A stretch of DNA of 64,000 bases from Deferrisomatales bacterium (GCA_033551855.1 JAWSUI010000010.1:24273-88272); one strand, 5' to 3'; numbered from the stretch's first letter, positions 1-9,554 are shown. Translations and numbers: made by a program. The notes: a model not told the origin generated them from the letters alone.

Positions 1-579
1 GAGATCCTGGCCGAGACCGAGCCCCTACGGATCAACGCGGCTCGAAACCTGGCCCTCCAGGCGCGGGGCGAGCTGGCCCGGAAGGGCGAGGCCGTTGCCG
101 CCGAGGTGGCCGAAGTCCTGGCACGGGCCGGAGCCCCCGTCGGCACTCCCCCGGACCGCCGCGCCCTGGCACGGGAGATCACGGCCACCCGCAGGGTCCC
201 CCTGTTCCGCCGCAGGGCTCCGGGGAGAGTGCCCGTCCCCGCGAGGGGGAGGCTCCGTGATGTCGTGGAAGCGGCGGGACGGGCGGTGGCCGGCCGCCTC
301 CCGACGGGGAGCCGGCCCCTTGCGACCGCTGAGGCCGCCGCCCAGCGGGGGCTCCTCCTGCGCGGGTTGAGGCGCGCGTGGGACGCGTACCTGGACGAGC
401 TCCTGGAGGACTGCCTGTTGGTGCATGTGGACGAGGCCGCCTCCCAGGTGTACAACCGCATCGCCTCCTGGGTGCTGTCCTGCACCGCCCCGGGCGGCAC
501 GCCGATCGCCTCGGCCCTCTCCCGCCTCGACGCGGATCCCGGAGCCGAGCCCCCGACAACCGGAGGAGGTTCCCCATGA
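1..579 (+). CDS. 3' part of a hypothetical protein (open frame from the window edge)
   Basis: Frame 1 is open from base 1 (EILAETEPLRINAARNLAL...) with GC3-rich codons. The TGA at 577-579 overlaps the next ATG (ATGA). Confidence 0.6.
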   Translation, partial: EILAETEPLRINAARNLALQARGELARKGEAVAAEVAEVLARAGAPVGTPPDRRALAREITATRRVPLFRRRAPGRVPVPARGRLRDVVEAAGRAVAGRLPTGSRPLATAEAAAQRGLLLRGLRRAWDAYLDELLEDCLLVHVDEAASQVYNRIASWVLSCTAPGGTPIASALSRLDADPGAEPPTTGGGSP

Positions 580-1139
580 TCCAGGCATCCGACCTCAAGC
601 GCGGCAACGTCATCCTGGCCGACGGCGCCCCCTGCCGGCTCCTGGAGGTGCAACAGCACGCCCCCACTGCCCGGGGCGCGAACCTCATGGTCAAGGTGCG
701 ATATCGGAACCTTCTCTCCGACCAGGTCTTGGACCGGACCTACCGGGGTGGGGACAAGGTCGAGGAGGCCGACTTCGAGCGCCGCAAGGGCCAGTTCCTG
801 TATGCGTCCGCAGACGGCGGCGTCTTCATGGACCTGGAGACCTATGAGCAGTTCGAGGTGGGCGCCGAGGCCTTCTCGGGGGTCCAGGGCTACCTCCTGG
901 ACGGCACCGAGGTGATGCTCGGGGTGTACCAGGACCGGGTGGTGAGCGTAGACCCGCCGCAGGTGGTGGAGCTCACCGTCGTGGACACGCCCCCGGTGGT
1001 CAAGGGGGCCACCGCCCAGGCCCATGCGAAGGAGGCCCTCTGCGAGACGGGGCTGAGGGTCATGGTTCCCCCGTACCTCACCTCGGGCGAGAGGATCCGG
1101 GTCGACACCCGGGACGGGCACTTCGTGTCCCGGGCGTAG
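576..1139 (+). CDS. Elongation factor P family protein, EfpL/YeiP-like (loop PTARGA)
   Basis: MIQASDLKRG start with GGAGG RBS. KOW/OB pattern (FMDLETYEQ, ETGLRVMVPPYL, GERIRVDTRDG..VSRA). The loop is HAPTARGA rather than the canonical PGKG. Confidence 0.9.
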   Translation: MIQASDLKRGNVILADGAPCRLLEVQQHAPTARGANLMVKVRYRNLLSDQVLDRTYRGGDKVEEADFERRKGQFLYASADGGVFMDLETYEQFEVGAEAFSGVQGYLLDGTEVMLGVYQDRVVSVDPPQVVELTVVDTPPVVKGATAQAHAKEALCETGLRVMVPPYLTSGERIRVDTRDGHFVSRA

Positions 1140-1149
1140 GAGCGTCCGA

Positions 1150-2652
1150 GTGGGCGAAAGAGGGGTGCGGCAGGGGGAAGGGCGACGACGGGAGGCCGAC
1201 GCGGGGGAGAGGTTGCCCGCGGGCCTCGTGACGCCGGAGGAGCTGCGCCTGTTGCTCTCCCCGGCCCCCGGGGCGGAGGGCTTCCCCGTGCTGCTCCTGG
1301 GCCCGGGTCCGGACCGGCTCGAGTCCGTCGCGAGCCTCCTTCGGGGTCGGGGCCTCGTCGTGACCCCGGCCGTCAACTGCTACGCGGCCCTGGACGCCCT
1401 CCGCCGCCGGCCCGGCGGCGGTGTCGTCGCATTCGCCGGCAGCCTGCCCCCCGACGTGGGCTGGTACCTGGACCGCCTGCGTGCGATCGACCCCGGGGTT
1501 CGGGTGTGCCTGATCCGCGACGGCTCCCGCGAACCGCTGCCGGCCGGGGTACCTGCCGTGGGGCCCGACCTCCCCGGCGAGGAGGTCGACCGCCTCGTGA
1601 ACGCCCTGGGTCCGGGCGCCCCGGGGGAGGCGGGCACGACGGAAACGGGAGCTGTCCCCGAAAGAACCCAGGGCCCGGACCCCTTCCTGGCGCTCCGGTT
1701 CCTTCTCGAAGCGCGGCTCGCGGGGCGCCCCGTCGAGGAGGGGCTCCTGCGGTGGGCCGCCGAGGACCCGGCGGTCCGGGGGTGGGTCGATCAGGAGGAC
1801 CGGGGAGGCGAGCTGCGGCTGAGGGCGCGGGCCGCCGCCGGGGAAGACCGTGCCGGCATGCTCGCCGCTGTTCTGGACCGGTTGGGGGCCCTGGGGGGCC
1901 GGGTCCGCGAAGCCACCGCAGAGGGCCCCTTCGCGCTCTTCCCCCGAGGGGTAGGAGACGAGGGGGCCGTCGCCCTCTGGTTCCGGGAGGCCGCCGGCGC
2001 CGAATACCTGGCCCGAGGCCTCCACCTCCTGGGGCCCTTGCTCGCAGCAGTGCCGGACGGGCGTCCGGGCGGCGATCGGGACAGGCTCCTCTCTCTCCTG
2101 GGGTCCAAGATGGCGGCTGCCGAGCGCCGCGGGACCCGTTTGGGGCTCGTTGTCTTCGAGGGCGGACCGGAGGGGAGCCCGGTGCGCCTCTCCCGGATGG
2201 TCCGGGGGCTGCTGCGGGGAGGCGATTGGGTCGAGCCCCTCGGAACCCGGGTGTACGTGATCCTGGAGGAGCCGGAGCGAGGCGTCTTCCCCATCCTCGC
2301 GGCCCGCCTGCAGGAGCTCCCGGGGAGCGGCCGGCTCCGGGTGGCCGCCCTGGGATGGACACCCCTGGACGGCAGCGCTTCCCGCCTCCTGGAGAGAGCG
2401 GAAGAGACCCTGCGGAGCGGCGGCCGGGGAGAGTGGGTGCCGAGCTGCGAGGGCAGTCCCTCTCCGGGCCCGGATGCTCCGACGGGCCAGAATCCGCCGC
2501 CACATCGTGGGGCGGGGTCCGGGAGCCCCGCAGAGCAGCCCCGTACCGCCTCGGCCGAACCGAAGAGTCCGGCGCAAACGGGTGGATCACGGCGCACCGG
2601 GGACGGGTGGGACACCCCTTCGAATGGCCGCGGATTACGGGGCGAAACGTAG
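1150..2652 (+). CDS. Hypothetical signalling-like protein (degenerate receiver-like N-terminus, degenerate GGDEF-like C-terminus)
   Basis: Long ORF with coding-like codon usage. The N-terminal part resembles a REC fold and LGLVVFE...LLRGGDWVEPLGTRVYVILEE resembles a GGDEF fold without the GGDEF motif. The last ~70 aa are low complexity. Confidence 0.55.
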   Translation: MGERGVRQGEGRRREADAGERLPAGLVTPEELRLLLSPAPGAEGFPVLLLGPGPDRLESVASLLRGRGLVVTPAVNCYAALDALRRRPGGGVVAFAGSLPPDVGWYLDRLRAIDPGVRVCLIRDGSREPLPAGVPAVGPDLPGEEVDRLVNALGPGAPGEAGTTETGAVPERTQGPDPFLALRFLLEARLAGRPVEEGLLRWAAEDPAVRGWVDQEDRGGELRLRARAAAGEDRAGMLAAVLDRLGALGGRVREATAEGPFALFPRGVGDEGAVALWFREAAGAEYLARGLHLLGPLLAAVPDGRPGGDRDRLLSLLGSKMAAAERRGTRLGLVVFEGGPEGSPVRLSRMVRGLLRGGDWVEPLGTRVYVILEEPERGVFPILAARLQELPGSGRLRVAALGWTPLDGSASRLLERAEETLRSGGRGEWVPSCEGSPSPGPDAPTGQNPPPHRGAGSGSPAEQPRTASAEPKSPAQTGGSRRTGDGWDTPSNGRGLRGET

Positions 2653-2680
2653 GGGCTTCCAGACCCTGCTTGCCGAGCAG
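2533..2680 (+). repeat. Dispersed degenerate repeat family B, copy 1
   Basis: Shares GCAGCCCCGTACCGC..TCG.CCGA, GGCGCACCGGGG and GACACCCC..CGAAT with 20779 and 31549. Shares GCCGCGGATT.CGGGGCGAAACG.AGGGGCT.CC.GAC....CTTGCCGA.CAG with the copy at about 43040-43185. Confidence 0.7.
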
Positions 2681-2788
2681 GGTCGCGGGAGTCGTGGACG
2701 GGCGGGGAGGGTTGACGCGGCGCGTGGCCACGGTACTCTGCTGCCGCAACGAGCCACCTTTCGGAAGACACACCCAAGGAGGAATGTC

Positions 2789-3301
2789 ATGAGAAGAGCC
2801 GCCCTCGCCCTGAGCTGTGCCATCACCCTCGCCCTCGCCCTGTCCCCCGGGGGCGCCGTCGGGCAGAAAGAGAAGGAGAAGGAAAAACGCGGGGAAGCCA
2901 AGGGGCAGACCGCCGAGCTCCCGAAGGGCTTCCGCGATTGGGTACACACCAAGTCCATGGTCATTCCCGACAAGACCCACGGCCTCTATGGCTTCCACAA
3001 CATCTACGCGAACCCGCCCGCCCTGAAGACCCTGAAGGCCGGGGGCACCTACCCGGAGGCGTCGATCTTCGTGGCCTCCTTCTACGAGGTGGTGGATCGG
3101 GACGGGGCCGTCACTGCGGGGGACAAGCTCATGGACGTGGTGATGGTCAAGGACAAGAAAGCCACCGAGACCGGGGGATGGGCCTACTCCGCCTTCGGCC
3201 CCGACGGCAAGCCCCTGGCGGTGGACCCGGTGGCCGACTGCTACAACTGCCACACCTCCGTCCGGGACACGGACTACGTCTTCCACAGCTTCGTGGAGTA
3301 G
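2789..3301 (+). CDS. Cytochrome P460 family periplasmic c-type cytochrome
   Basis: AGGAGG RBS and signal peptide. LPKGFRDW...NIYAN...VMVK..ETGGWAY and a C-terminal CYNCH heme motif. Confidence 0.85.
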   Translation: MRRAALALSCAITLALALSPGGAVGQKEKEKEKRGEAKGQTAELPKGFRDWVHTKSMVIPDKTHGLYGFHNIYANPPALKTLKAGGTYPEASIFVASFYEVVDRDGAVTAGDKLMDVVMVKDKKATETGGWAYSAFGPDGKPLAVDPVADCYNCHTSVRDTDYVFHSFVE

Positions 3302-3309
3302 CCGCGGCG

Positions 3310-3327
3310 GGCCCGCGAGCGCGGGCC
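3310..3327. terminator. GC-rich hairpin between convergent genes (possible bidirectional terminator)
   Basis: GGCCCGC-GAGC-GCGGGCC stem-loop between the stops at 3301 and 3333. No clear U-tract. Confidence 0.4.
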
Positions 3328-3332
3328 GTTCG

Positions 3333-3731
3333 CTAGGCGTGCTCCTCGAGGGGCCACAGCCCCCGGCTCTCCAGCACGCGGCGAAGCGCCTTGAGACCCT
3401 GGTTCATGGCCGGCACCCCGCCGTAGACGGCGGTCTGGAAGATGGCCTCGGCGAGCTCCCGCGGGGTGCACCCCACGTTGAGCCCCGCGTGGAGGTGGAG
3501 CTCGAGCTCCTCGGTCCGCTCCAACACGGTCAGCGCCGCCACGGTGACCATTTGGCGCACCGGGTGGGGAATTACCTCCCGGCTGTACATCTGGCCGGTG
3601 ATGAAGAGGGAGAGGTCCTTGGCGAGGCCCTTGTCGAAGGACCTCCACAGCTCGTAGGGGCGCTCCCCGGTCACTCCCTCGAAGTACAGCTTGGCGGTCT
3701 CTGCGGTCTTCTTCACGACGTCGTCGGCCAT
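3333..3731 (-). CDS. Carboxymuconolactone decarboxylase (CMD/AhpD-like) family protein
   Basis: RQMVTVAAL...ELELHLHAGLNVGCTPRELAEAIFQTAVYGGVP signature. Confidence 0.85.
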   Translation of the reverse strand: MADDVVKKTAETAKLYFEGVTGERPYELWRSFDKGLAKDLSLFITGQMYSREVIPHPVRQMVTVAALTVLERTEELELHLHAGLNVGCTPRELAEAIFQTAVYGGVPAMNQGLKALRRVLESRGLWPLEEHA

Positions 3732-3743
3732 GGGGACACCTCG

Positions 3744-3778
3744 TCACGATTCACGATTCACCATTCACCCTTCACGGG
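3744..3778. repeat. Short heptamer tandem repeat (TCAC(G/C)(A/C)T-like, about 5 units)
   Basis: tcacgat tcacgat tcaccat tcaccct tcacggg, mostly intergenic; the last unit overlaps the stop of the next gene. Confidence 0.7.
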
Positions 3779-5172
3779 CCGGGCGGCAGGACCTTGCCGG
3801 GGTTGAGAATCCCCCGGGGATCGAGCGCGTGCTTCAGGAGGTGCATGAGCTCGAGCCCGGGGCCGTGCTCCCGGTGCAGGAACTTGCGCTTGCCGAGGCC
3901 GACCCCGTGCTCCCCGGTCGCGGTTCCCCCCAGGGCCAGCGCCGCCTCCACGACCTCGGCGTTCGCCTCCTGGATCGCCGCCCACGCGCCCGTGTCCTCC
4001 AGTGCCCCCAGGATGAGGCAGTGGAGGTTCCCGTCCCCGGCGTGGCCGAAGATGTACCCGGTGAGGCCGCGGCGGTCCACGGCCCCCCGGGCCCGGGCGG
4101 CGAGCTCCGGGTAGCGGCTCCGGGGAACTGCTGCGTCCACGATCAGGATGCCGTGCCCGGGATGGGCCTCCCGGATGGTGCGGTACGCCCGGTGGCGGGC
4201 ATCCCAGAGGCGGGCTCGCTCGTCCGGGCCCACCCCTGCGTCGAAGGTGAGGGCCCCCTCGGACCGGCAGAGCTCCTCCACTATCCCCACGTCGGCCGCG
4301 AGCCCGGCCCGGCTGGAGCCGTGGAACTCCAGGAACAGGAGGGGGTGCGGGGGCAGGCCGAGCCGGGCCGCGGCCTCCACGGTGCGCACCGTCACGTCGT
4401 CGAGGAACTCGCAGGCCGCCGGGCCGAGGCCCGACGCCATCACAGCGGTCACCGCCCGGGTCGCAGAGCCCGCGTCGGGAAAGGCTGCCAGGGCGGTCAT
4501 CACCTCCGGGGGCAGGGGCGCGAGCTCCAAGGTGATGCGGGTGAAGACCCCCAGGGTGCCCTCGCTCCCCACGAAGAGCCCCGCCGTGTCGTAACCCGAG
4601 GAGGACTTGTGGGCCAGGGTGCCCACCTCGACGCGCCGTCCGTCGGCCAGGGCCACCTCCAGGCGTTTGACGTAGCGGTTGGTGGAGCCGTAGCGCACCG
4701 TGCGGATGCCCGAGGCGTTGGTGGCCACCATCCCCCCCAGGCTCGCGGAGGCCCCGGGGTCGGGGGGGAAGAAGAGACCCGTGCGCAGGCGGTTGAGCTC
4801 GGTGTTGAGATCCGTGTAGAGGACCCCGGGCTCCGCCACCACCAGGAAGTCCTCGGGCCGGATGTCGAGCACCCGGTTCATCTGGGCGAAGTCGAGCACG
4901 AGCCCCCCCGCGACGGGAATGGCGGCTCCCTCGACCCCGGTGCCCGCCCCCCACGGGGTCACCGGGACGCCGCGCTCGAAGGCCCACTCCAGGGCACGAC
5001 TCACCTCCCCGGCTTCCACCGGCCAAACCACCGCCTCGGGCCGGCGGGCCTCGTGGAAGGACTCGTCCCGGCTGTGGAGATCCAGGACCGACGCACCCCG
5101 GGAGACGCGCTCGGGGGGGAAGACGGTCTCCAGCACCCGGAAATCGGCATCGGAGAGAGGGGGGCGGGTCAT
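3772..5172 (-). CDS. FAD-binding oxidoreductase (D-lactate dehydrogenase/GlcD family)
   Basis: PDPGASASLGGMVATNASG, GSEGTLG, FGHAGDGNLH, TGEHGVG and LDPRGILNPGK motifs. The start overlaps the upstream stop. Confidence 0.9.
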   Translation of the reverse strand: MTRPPLSDADFRVLETVFPPERVSRGASVLDLHSRDESFHEARRPEAVVWPVEAGEVSRALEWAFERGVPVTPWGAGTGVEGAAIPVAGGLVLDFAQMNRVLDIRPEDFLVVAEPGVLYTDLNTELNRLRTGLFFPPDPGASASLGGMVATNASGIRTVRYGSTNRYVKRLEVALADGRRVEVGTLAHKSSSGYDTAGLFVGSEGTLGVFTRITLELAPLPPEVMTALAAFPDAGSATRAVTAVMASGLGPAACEFLDDVTVRTVEAAARLGLPPHPLLFLEFHGSSRAGLAADVGIVEELCRSEGALTFDAGVGPDERARLWDARHRAYRTIREAHPGHGILIVDAAVPRSRYPELAARARGAVDRRGLTGYIFGHAGDGNLHCLILGALEDTGAWAAIQEANAEVVEAALALGGTATGEHGVGLGKRKFLHREHGPGLELMHLLKHALDPRGILNPGKVLPPGP

Positions 5173-5981
5173 CCGGCGGTCCTCCGCTTGGGGGAGAGGG
5201 CCAGGCACCCGAAGAAGAGCGCCGTGGCCGTGAGCACGATGGTCGCCCCCGAGGGCACGTCGAAGGCGTAGGAGAGGACCAGCCCGAGCAGGCACGAGAG
5301 GTTCCCGAAGAGGACCGAGAGGCCGAACAGGGCGCGGTAGTCGTAGGTGAGCTGGTAGGCGGCCGAGGCCGGCGTCACGATGAGGGCAAAGACCAGCATC
5401 ACCCCCACGGCGTTCAGGGAGAGCACGATGGTCAGACTGATGAGCAGCAGCATGACGAAGGAGAGCTTGGCAGCGGGCAGGCCCAGGGCCTCGGCCATCT
5501 CGGCGTCGAAGGACAGTAGCTGGAACTCCTTGAAGAACACGGCCACCGTCGCCGCCACCACCGCCGTCAGAACCGCGATGATGACCAGGTCCGCCCGGGT
5601 CACGGAGAGGATGTTCCCGAAGAGGTACCCATACAGCCGCGCGTCGTAGCGCTTCATGAGCCCCACGAACAGGATCCCCAGGGCCATGGTGAGGGCGTAG
5701 AAGATGCCGATGGAGGAGTCCATCTTGATCTTCCCTGCGTGGCTCGTCGCGTGGATCGCCCCCGAGGTCCCGAGGCAGAAACCCACGGCGGTGAGCAGCG
5801 GGTTCCACCCCAGGAGGAACCCCAGGGCGACGCCCCCGAAGGCCGCGTGGGAGATGCCGGCCCCGATGAACGCGAGCCCCCGGAGGATGACGTACACCCC
5901 CACCAGGGAGCACGAGGTCCCGACGAACAGGCTCGCCAGAAGCGCCCGCCGGACGAAGGCGAATTCGAACATCTCAATCAC
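5169..5981 (-). CDS. Zn/Mn ABC transporter permease (ZnuB/MntB-like)
   Basis: GISHAAFGGVALG, YLFGNIL and VGVMLVFALIVTPA motifs; multiple TM segments. Confidence 0.9.
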   Translation of the reverse strand: MIEMFEFAFVRRALLASLFVGTSCSLVGVYVILRGLAFIGAGISHAAFGGVALGFLLGWNPLLTAVGFCLGTSGAIHATSHAGKIKMDSSIGIFYALTMALGILFVGLMKRYDARLYGYLFGNILSVTRADLVIIAVLTAVVAATVAVFFKEFQLLSFDAEMAEALGLPAAKLSFVMLLLISLTIVLSLNAVGVMLVFALIVTPASAAYQLTYDYRALFGLSVLFGNLSCLLGLVLSYAFDVPSGATIVLTATALFFGCLALSPKRRTAG

Positions 5982-6777
5982 GGTGGACGTCCCCCGGGAT
6001 CACGAAGGGCCGGCCGTGGGCCTCGTGCACGTGGACCTCCACCCCGTACATCTCGTCCAGCACCTCCTTGACCAGGGCCTCTCCCGGTGGGCCGTAGGCA
6101 AAGACTTTCCGGTTCACGGCCAGGACCAGGTCGAGGAACGGGTAGACGAGGTTCACGTCGTGGGTCACCAGGAGGGTGGTCAGCCGGCGCTCCCGGTGGG
6201 TGCGGTGGATGAGCTCCATGACCGCGGCCTGGCTGCGCACGTCCAGGCCCGTGGAGGGCTCGTCCAGGAGCAGGATCCGCGGGTCCCGGACCATCGCCCG
6301 GGCGATGAAGACCCGCTGGAGCTGCCCCCCCGAGAGGTGGCCCACCGGGCGGCGGGCCAGGTCGGCCGCGCCCACCGAGTCCAGGGCGGCCAGGGCCTTC
6401 TCCCGCTCCGCCCTTCCGGGGCGGCGCAGCAGACCCAGGCGCGGGTAGAGCCCCATGAGGACGGCATCGAGGACCTTGGCCGGGAAGAAGGGGTCCACCC
6501 GGGCCCCCTGGGGCACGTACCCGATGTCCAGGCGGACCTTGCGCAGCTGGTGGCAGCACAGCTCCCCCACGTGGATCCGGCCCCGGCTGGGGGTGACGAT
6601 GCCGAGTACGCCCTTGAGGAGCGAGGTCTTGCCCGAGCCGTTGGGCCCGATGACGCCGAGGAAGGCGCCCTCGGGCACGTCCAGGGAGACCTCCTCCAGG
6701 GCGACCGTGCCGTCGTAGGCCAGGGTGACCCCCTCGAAGCGGATCGCCGGCGGCGCCCCGAAGGGCAGGGGGATCAA
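5974..6777 (-). CDS. Zn/Mn ABC transporter ATP-binding protein (ZnuC-like)
   Basis: GPNGSGKT, LSGGQLQRV and LLLDEP motifs. Probable TTG start overlapping the upstream TGA. Confidence 0.9.
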   Translation of the reverse strand: MIPLPFGAPPAIRFEGVTLAYDGTVALEEVSLDVPEGAFLGVIGPNGSGKTSLLKGVLGIVTPSRGRIHVGELCCHQLRKVRLDIGYVPQGARVDPFFPAKVLDAVLMGLYPRLGLLRRPGRAEREKALAALDSVGAADLARRPVGHLSGGQLQRVFIARAMVRDPRILLLDEPSTGLDVRSQAAVMELIHRTHRERRLTTLLVTHDVNLVYPFLDLVLAVNRKVFAYGPPGEALVKEVLDEMYGVEVHVHEAHGRPFVIPGDVHRD

Positions 6778-7676
6778 GGGGAGGGCTCCCGCAGGGCGCG
6801 GAGCAGGGCCTGGGCGTTGTGCTCGAGGAGCTCGAGATAGCTCTCCGGCCCCTCGGGACCGAGCAGCGTCGACAGGGTGACCACCCGGATCCCGGCCTCC
6901 TGGGCCAGTAGGTCGGGCATCTTCGAGGAGAGCTGGGGTTCGCTCACGAGGACCCGGAGCTTGTCCCGCCGGATGCGCTGCACCAGGGCGGCGAGCGCCC
7001 GGGCCGAGGGCTCCTGACCCGGAATGGGCGCGACCACCCCGGCCTGCTCGAGCCCGAGGCTCCGGGCGAAGTACGGCCAGGAGGAGTGATACGCGAGGAA
7101 GCGCCGGTCCGGCAGAGTCTGCGCCTCTCGCCTGAGCCGGGCTGCGAGGGCCTCCAGGCGGGCGAGGTAGGCCTCGAGGTTGCCCCGGTAGGTCTCGGCC
7201 CCCCCCGGGTCCGCCGCCGTCAAGGCCTCGGCGATCGTGCGGCACATGAGGGCCGCGTTCTCGGGGGAGAGCCACACGTGGGGGTTGCCCAGCGCGTGGG
7301 CGTGCCCGTGGCCGTGCCGGTGCCCGTGCTGATCCGCCTCGTCCTCGAGCACCGGGACCCCCTGGGAGGCTTCGACGATGCGCAGCTCGGGGCTTCCGGC
7401 GCTTTCCACGAGCCCGTCGAGCCACTCCTCGAGCCCCAGGCCGACCTTCACGAGGACCCGGGCCCGCGCCAGATCCCGGGCGTCGCTCACCCGGGGCTCG
7501 TAGGTGTGCGGGTCCTCGAACCCCCGGAGGAGGCTCGTTGCCTCCACCCGTTCCCCCCCGATCTGGCGCACCCAGTCGGCCAGGTCGGGCAAGGTGGTCA
7601 CCACGCGGAGGCGCTCGGCGGCGGGAGCGGGGGCCGCGCAGAGACAGCAGAGCAGGGCGAAGAGGGACCGGAGCAT
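6774..7676 (-). CDS. Zn/Mn ABC transporter substrate-binding protein (ZnuA/TroA family)
   Basis: Signal peptide, DPHTYEP, His-rich loop HGHRHGHGHAH, NPHVWLSP and YHSSWPYF. Confidence 0.9.
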   Translation of the reverse strand: MLRSLFALLCCLCAAPAPAAERLRVVTTLPDLADWVRQIGGERVEATSLLRGFEDPHTYEPRVSDARDLARARVLVKVGLGLEEWLDGLVESAGSPELRIVEASQGVPVLEDEADQHGHRHGHGHAHALGNPHVWLSPENAALMCRTIAEALTAADPGGAETYRGNLEAYLARLEALAARLRREAQTLPDRRFLAYHSSWPYFARSLGLEQAGVVAPIPGQEPSARALAALVQRIRRDKLRVLVSEPQLSSKMPDLLAQEAGIRVVTLSTLLGPEGPESYLELLEHNAQALLRALREPSP

Positions 7677-7719
7677 CGAAGCCTCGAATTTTTCCAGGTT
7701 TTTCAGCAAGTTCCGGATT

Positions 7720-7990
7720 CTAGGGGAGGTCGGAGGGATCGTCAAGGCGGAGAGCCCTCCGTGGCGACCTGCGAAGGGTCGGATCCTGCCGGAGCACCGC
7801 CTCCAGAGTGGTGTCGAGAGTGGCCTTCCGGCACTCGACTCCGGCCAACGTCCCCTCGCCGGGGAATCGCACGTAGCGGCACGCGCCCCGGAACAGGGGG
7901 AGGCAGACGCATTCCCGGCACGTCCTTTCAGCCCTCCAGCGCGGTCCGCCGAAGGTCGCAGCCACATCTGCGGTGACACCGGGTTACACG
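7720..7990 (-). pseudogene. Relic of a radical SAM/SPASM maturase C-terminus
   Basis: CRECVCLPLFRGACRY...GVECRKATLDTTLEAVLRQD resembles the SPASM CxxCxxLPxCxGGC...C motif with decayed Cys/Gly. There is an in-frame TAA just upstream and no radical SAM core. Confidence 0.55.
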
Positions 7991-8216
7991 TCCCGAAGCT
8001 CGGCGAGGCGCTCGGAGACTTCATGGGCCTTCCGCACCGGAACGACCGTCAGGGTCACACCGAGCTTCCGGGACGGCCAGAGCCGGGAAATAGAGGACGG
8101 GCACCGCGGGCGGGGGGAGGAAGTCCGAGAGCTCGACGGCGGCGAACAGGGCTCTTCGCGCCACGGCCGTCACGGCGCCAGGCCGCCGGCCTGCCGCCCG
8201 GCGCCCCCGAAACCCC

Positions 8217-9554
8217 TCAGCGCAACTCGGCCTTCAGGTCCCGGGCCGCCCTCTCGTAGGCCTCCAGGAGGGCCTCGACGTCGGCGTCGCCATGGGCCCG
8301 GGAGAGGGCACCCCCGCCGTGGACGGCGAACACACCGCGGTTCAGGAGGGAGATCCGGAGCTCCCGGTCCTTGACCGCAGCGTACGTCTTGGCCGCCACG
8401 TCCGCCGGGCTCTCGAGCACCGGGTCGTCCCCCCGGAGGACGTGGGTCATGAGGAGGCTGCCGGCCCCCGTGCACGCCGCGGGCAGGCCAGCGGCGCGGA
8501 AGCGCTCCTCGACGCCGCGGCGCAGCGCTTCTCCCCGCCGCTCCAGATCGGCGTAGAGCGTGTCGCCCCCTCGGGCCAGGGTCTCGAGGGTTGCCAGGCT
8601 CGCCGCCATCGAGAGGGGGTTGCACGAGAACGTGCCGCCTCCCACCAGCACCGGCCGGTCCGGGCCTCGGGCCGTGTGGGGGTTGGCGGCCTCGAGGATC
8701 TCCCGGCGGCCGCCGTAGACGCCCAGGGGCAGCCCCCCCCCGGCGATCTTCCCCAGGGCGGTCAGGTCGGGCCGCACCCCCAATCGGTCCGCCAGGGTGC
8801 CGTACCGGAACCGGAAGCCCGTGATGATCTCGTCGAAGATCAGCACGGCGTCCTGGTCGTCGCAGATCTCACGGAGCGTCGCCAGGTACTCGGGGCGGGC
8901 CGGCAGGAACCCGCCGGCTCCCAGCATGGGCTCGACGATGATCCCGGCAATCGCCCCCCGGTGGCGATCCACCTCGGCCAGGGTCCCTTCCACGTCGTTG
9001 AACGGGATGAGCCCGACCCCCTGCTCCCGGGGGTCGGGCAACCCCGGCCCCTCCGCCCCACGGAAGGGGGTGCTCACGGCGTAGGAGAGGTCGGTGCTCG
9101 CGCCGTGCCAGCCCCCCTCGGCCTTGAGGACCCAGGGCCGGCCGGTGAAGCCGCGGGCTAGGCGCACCGCGTACATGGTCGCCTCGGTTCCCGTGGTGCA
9201 GAAGCGCATCTCCTCCAGGGAGGGGACGGCATCCCGGAGCACCTCGGCGAGCTCCACCTGGAGCCGGGAGGGCATCCCCCAGTGCCACCCGCCCTCGAGG
9301 GTGCGGGCCAGCGCCTCCTTCACCTCCGGGGCGGCGTGACCCAGGATCAGGGCATAGTGGCCCATCCAGAGGTCGAGGAAGCTCGACCCGTCGACGTCGG
9401 TGAACCGGGGACCCGCGGCGTGGTTCGGGTACACCGGGTGGGGGCGGAAGGCGCGCACGTTGTGGCAGATGCCCCCCGGGAAGAGCGACGACGCCCTCCG
9501 GTGGAGTTCCTCGGAGGTCGGGGTGAGGCGCCGGTAGGTCTCGAAGATGTTCAT
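8217..9554 (-). CDS. Class-III PLP aminotransferase, glutamate-1-semialdehyde aminomutase (HemL)-like
   Basis: TGTEATMYAVRLARGFTG, LIFDEIITGFR, LGKIAGGGLP and GGTFSCNP motifs. Confidence 0.85.
   Translation of the reverse strand: MNIFETYRRLTPTSEELHRRASSLFPGGICHNVRAFRPHPVYPNHAAGPRFTDVDGSSFLDLWMGHYALILGHAAPEVKEALARTLEGGWHWGMPSRLQVELAEVLRDAVPSLEEMRFCTTGTEATMYAVRLARGFTGRPWVLKAEGGWHGASTDLSYAVSTPFRGAEGPGLPDPREQGVGLIPFNDVEGTLAEVDRHRGAIAGIIVEPMLGAGGFLPARPEYLATLREICDDQDAVLIFDEIITGFRFRYGTLADRLGVRPDLTALGKIAGGGLPLGVYGGRREILEAANPHTARGPDRPVLVGGGTFSCNPLSMAASLATLETLARGGDTLYADLERRGEALRRGVEERFRAAGLPAACTGAGSLLMTHVLRGDDPVLESPADVAAKTYAAVKDRELRISLLNRGVFAVHGGGALSRAHGDADVEALLEAYERAARDLKAELR

Noticed and set aside
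7700..8170. Possible cobalamin or metal riboswitch upstream of the Zn/Mn ABC operon
   Set aside because: No B12-box or other riboswitch consensus was recognisable; the region is better explained as a coding relic.
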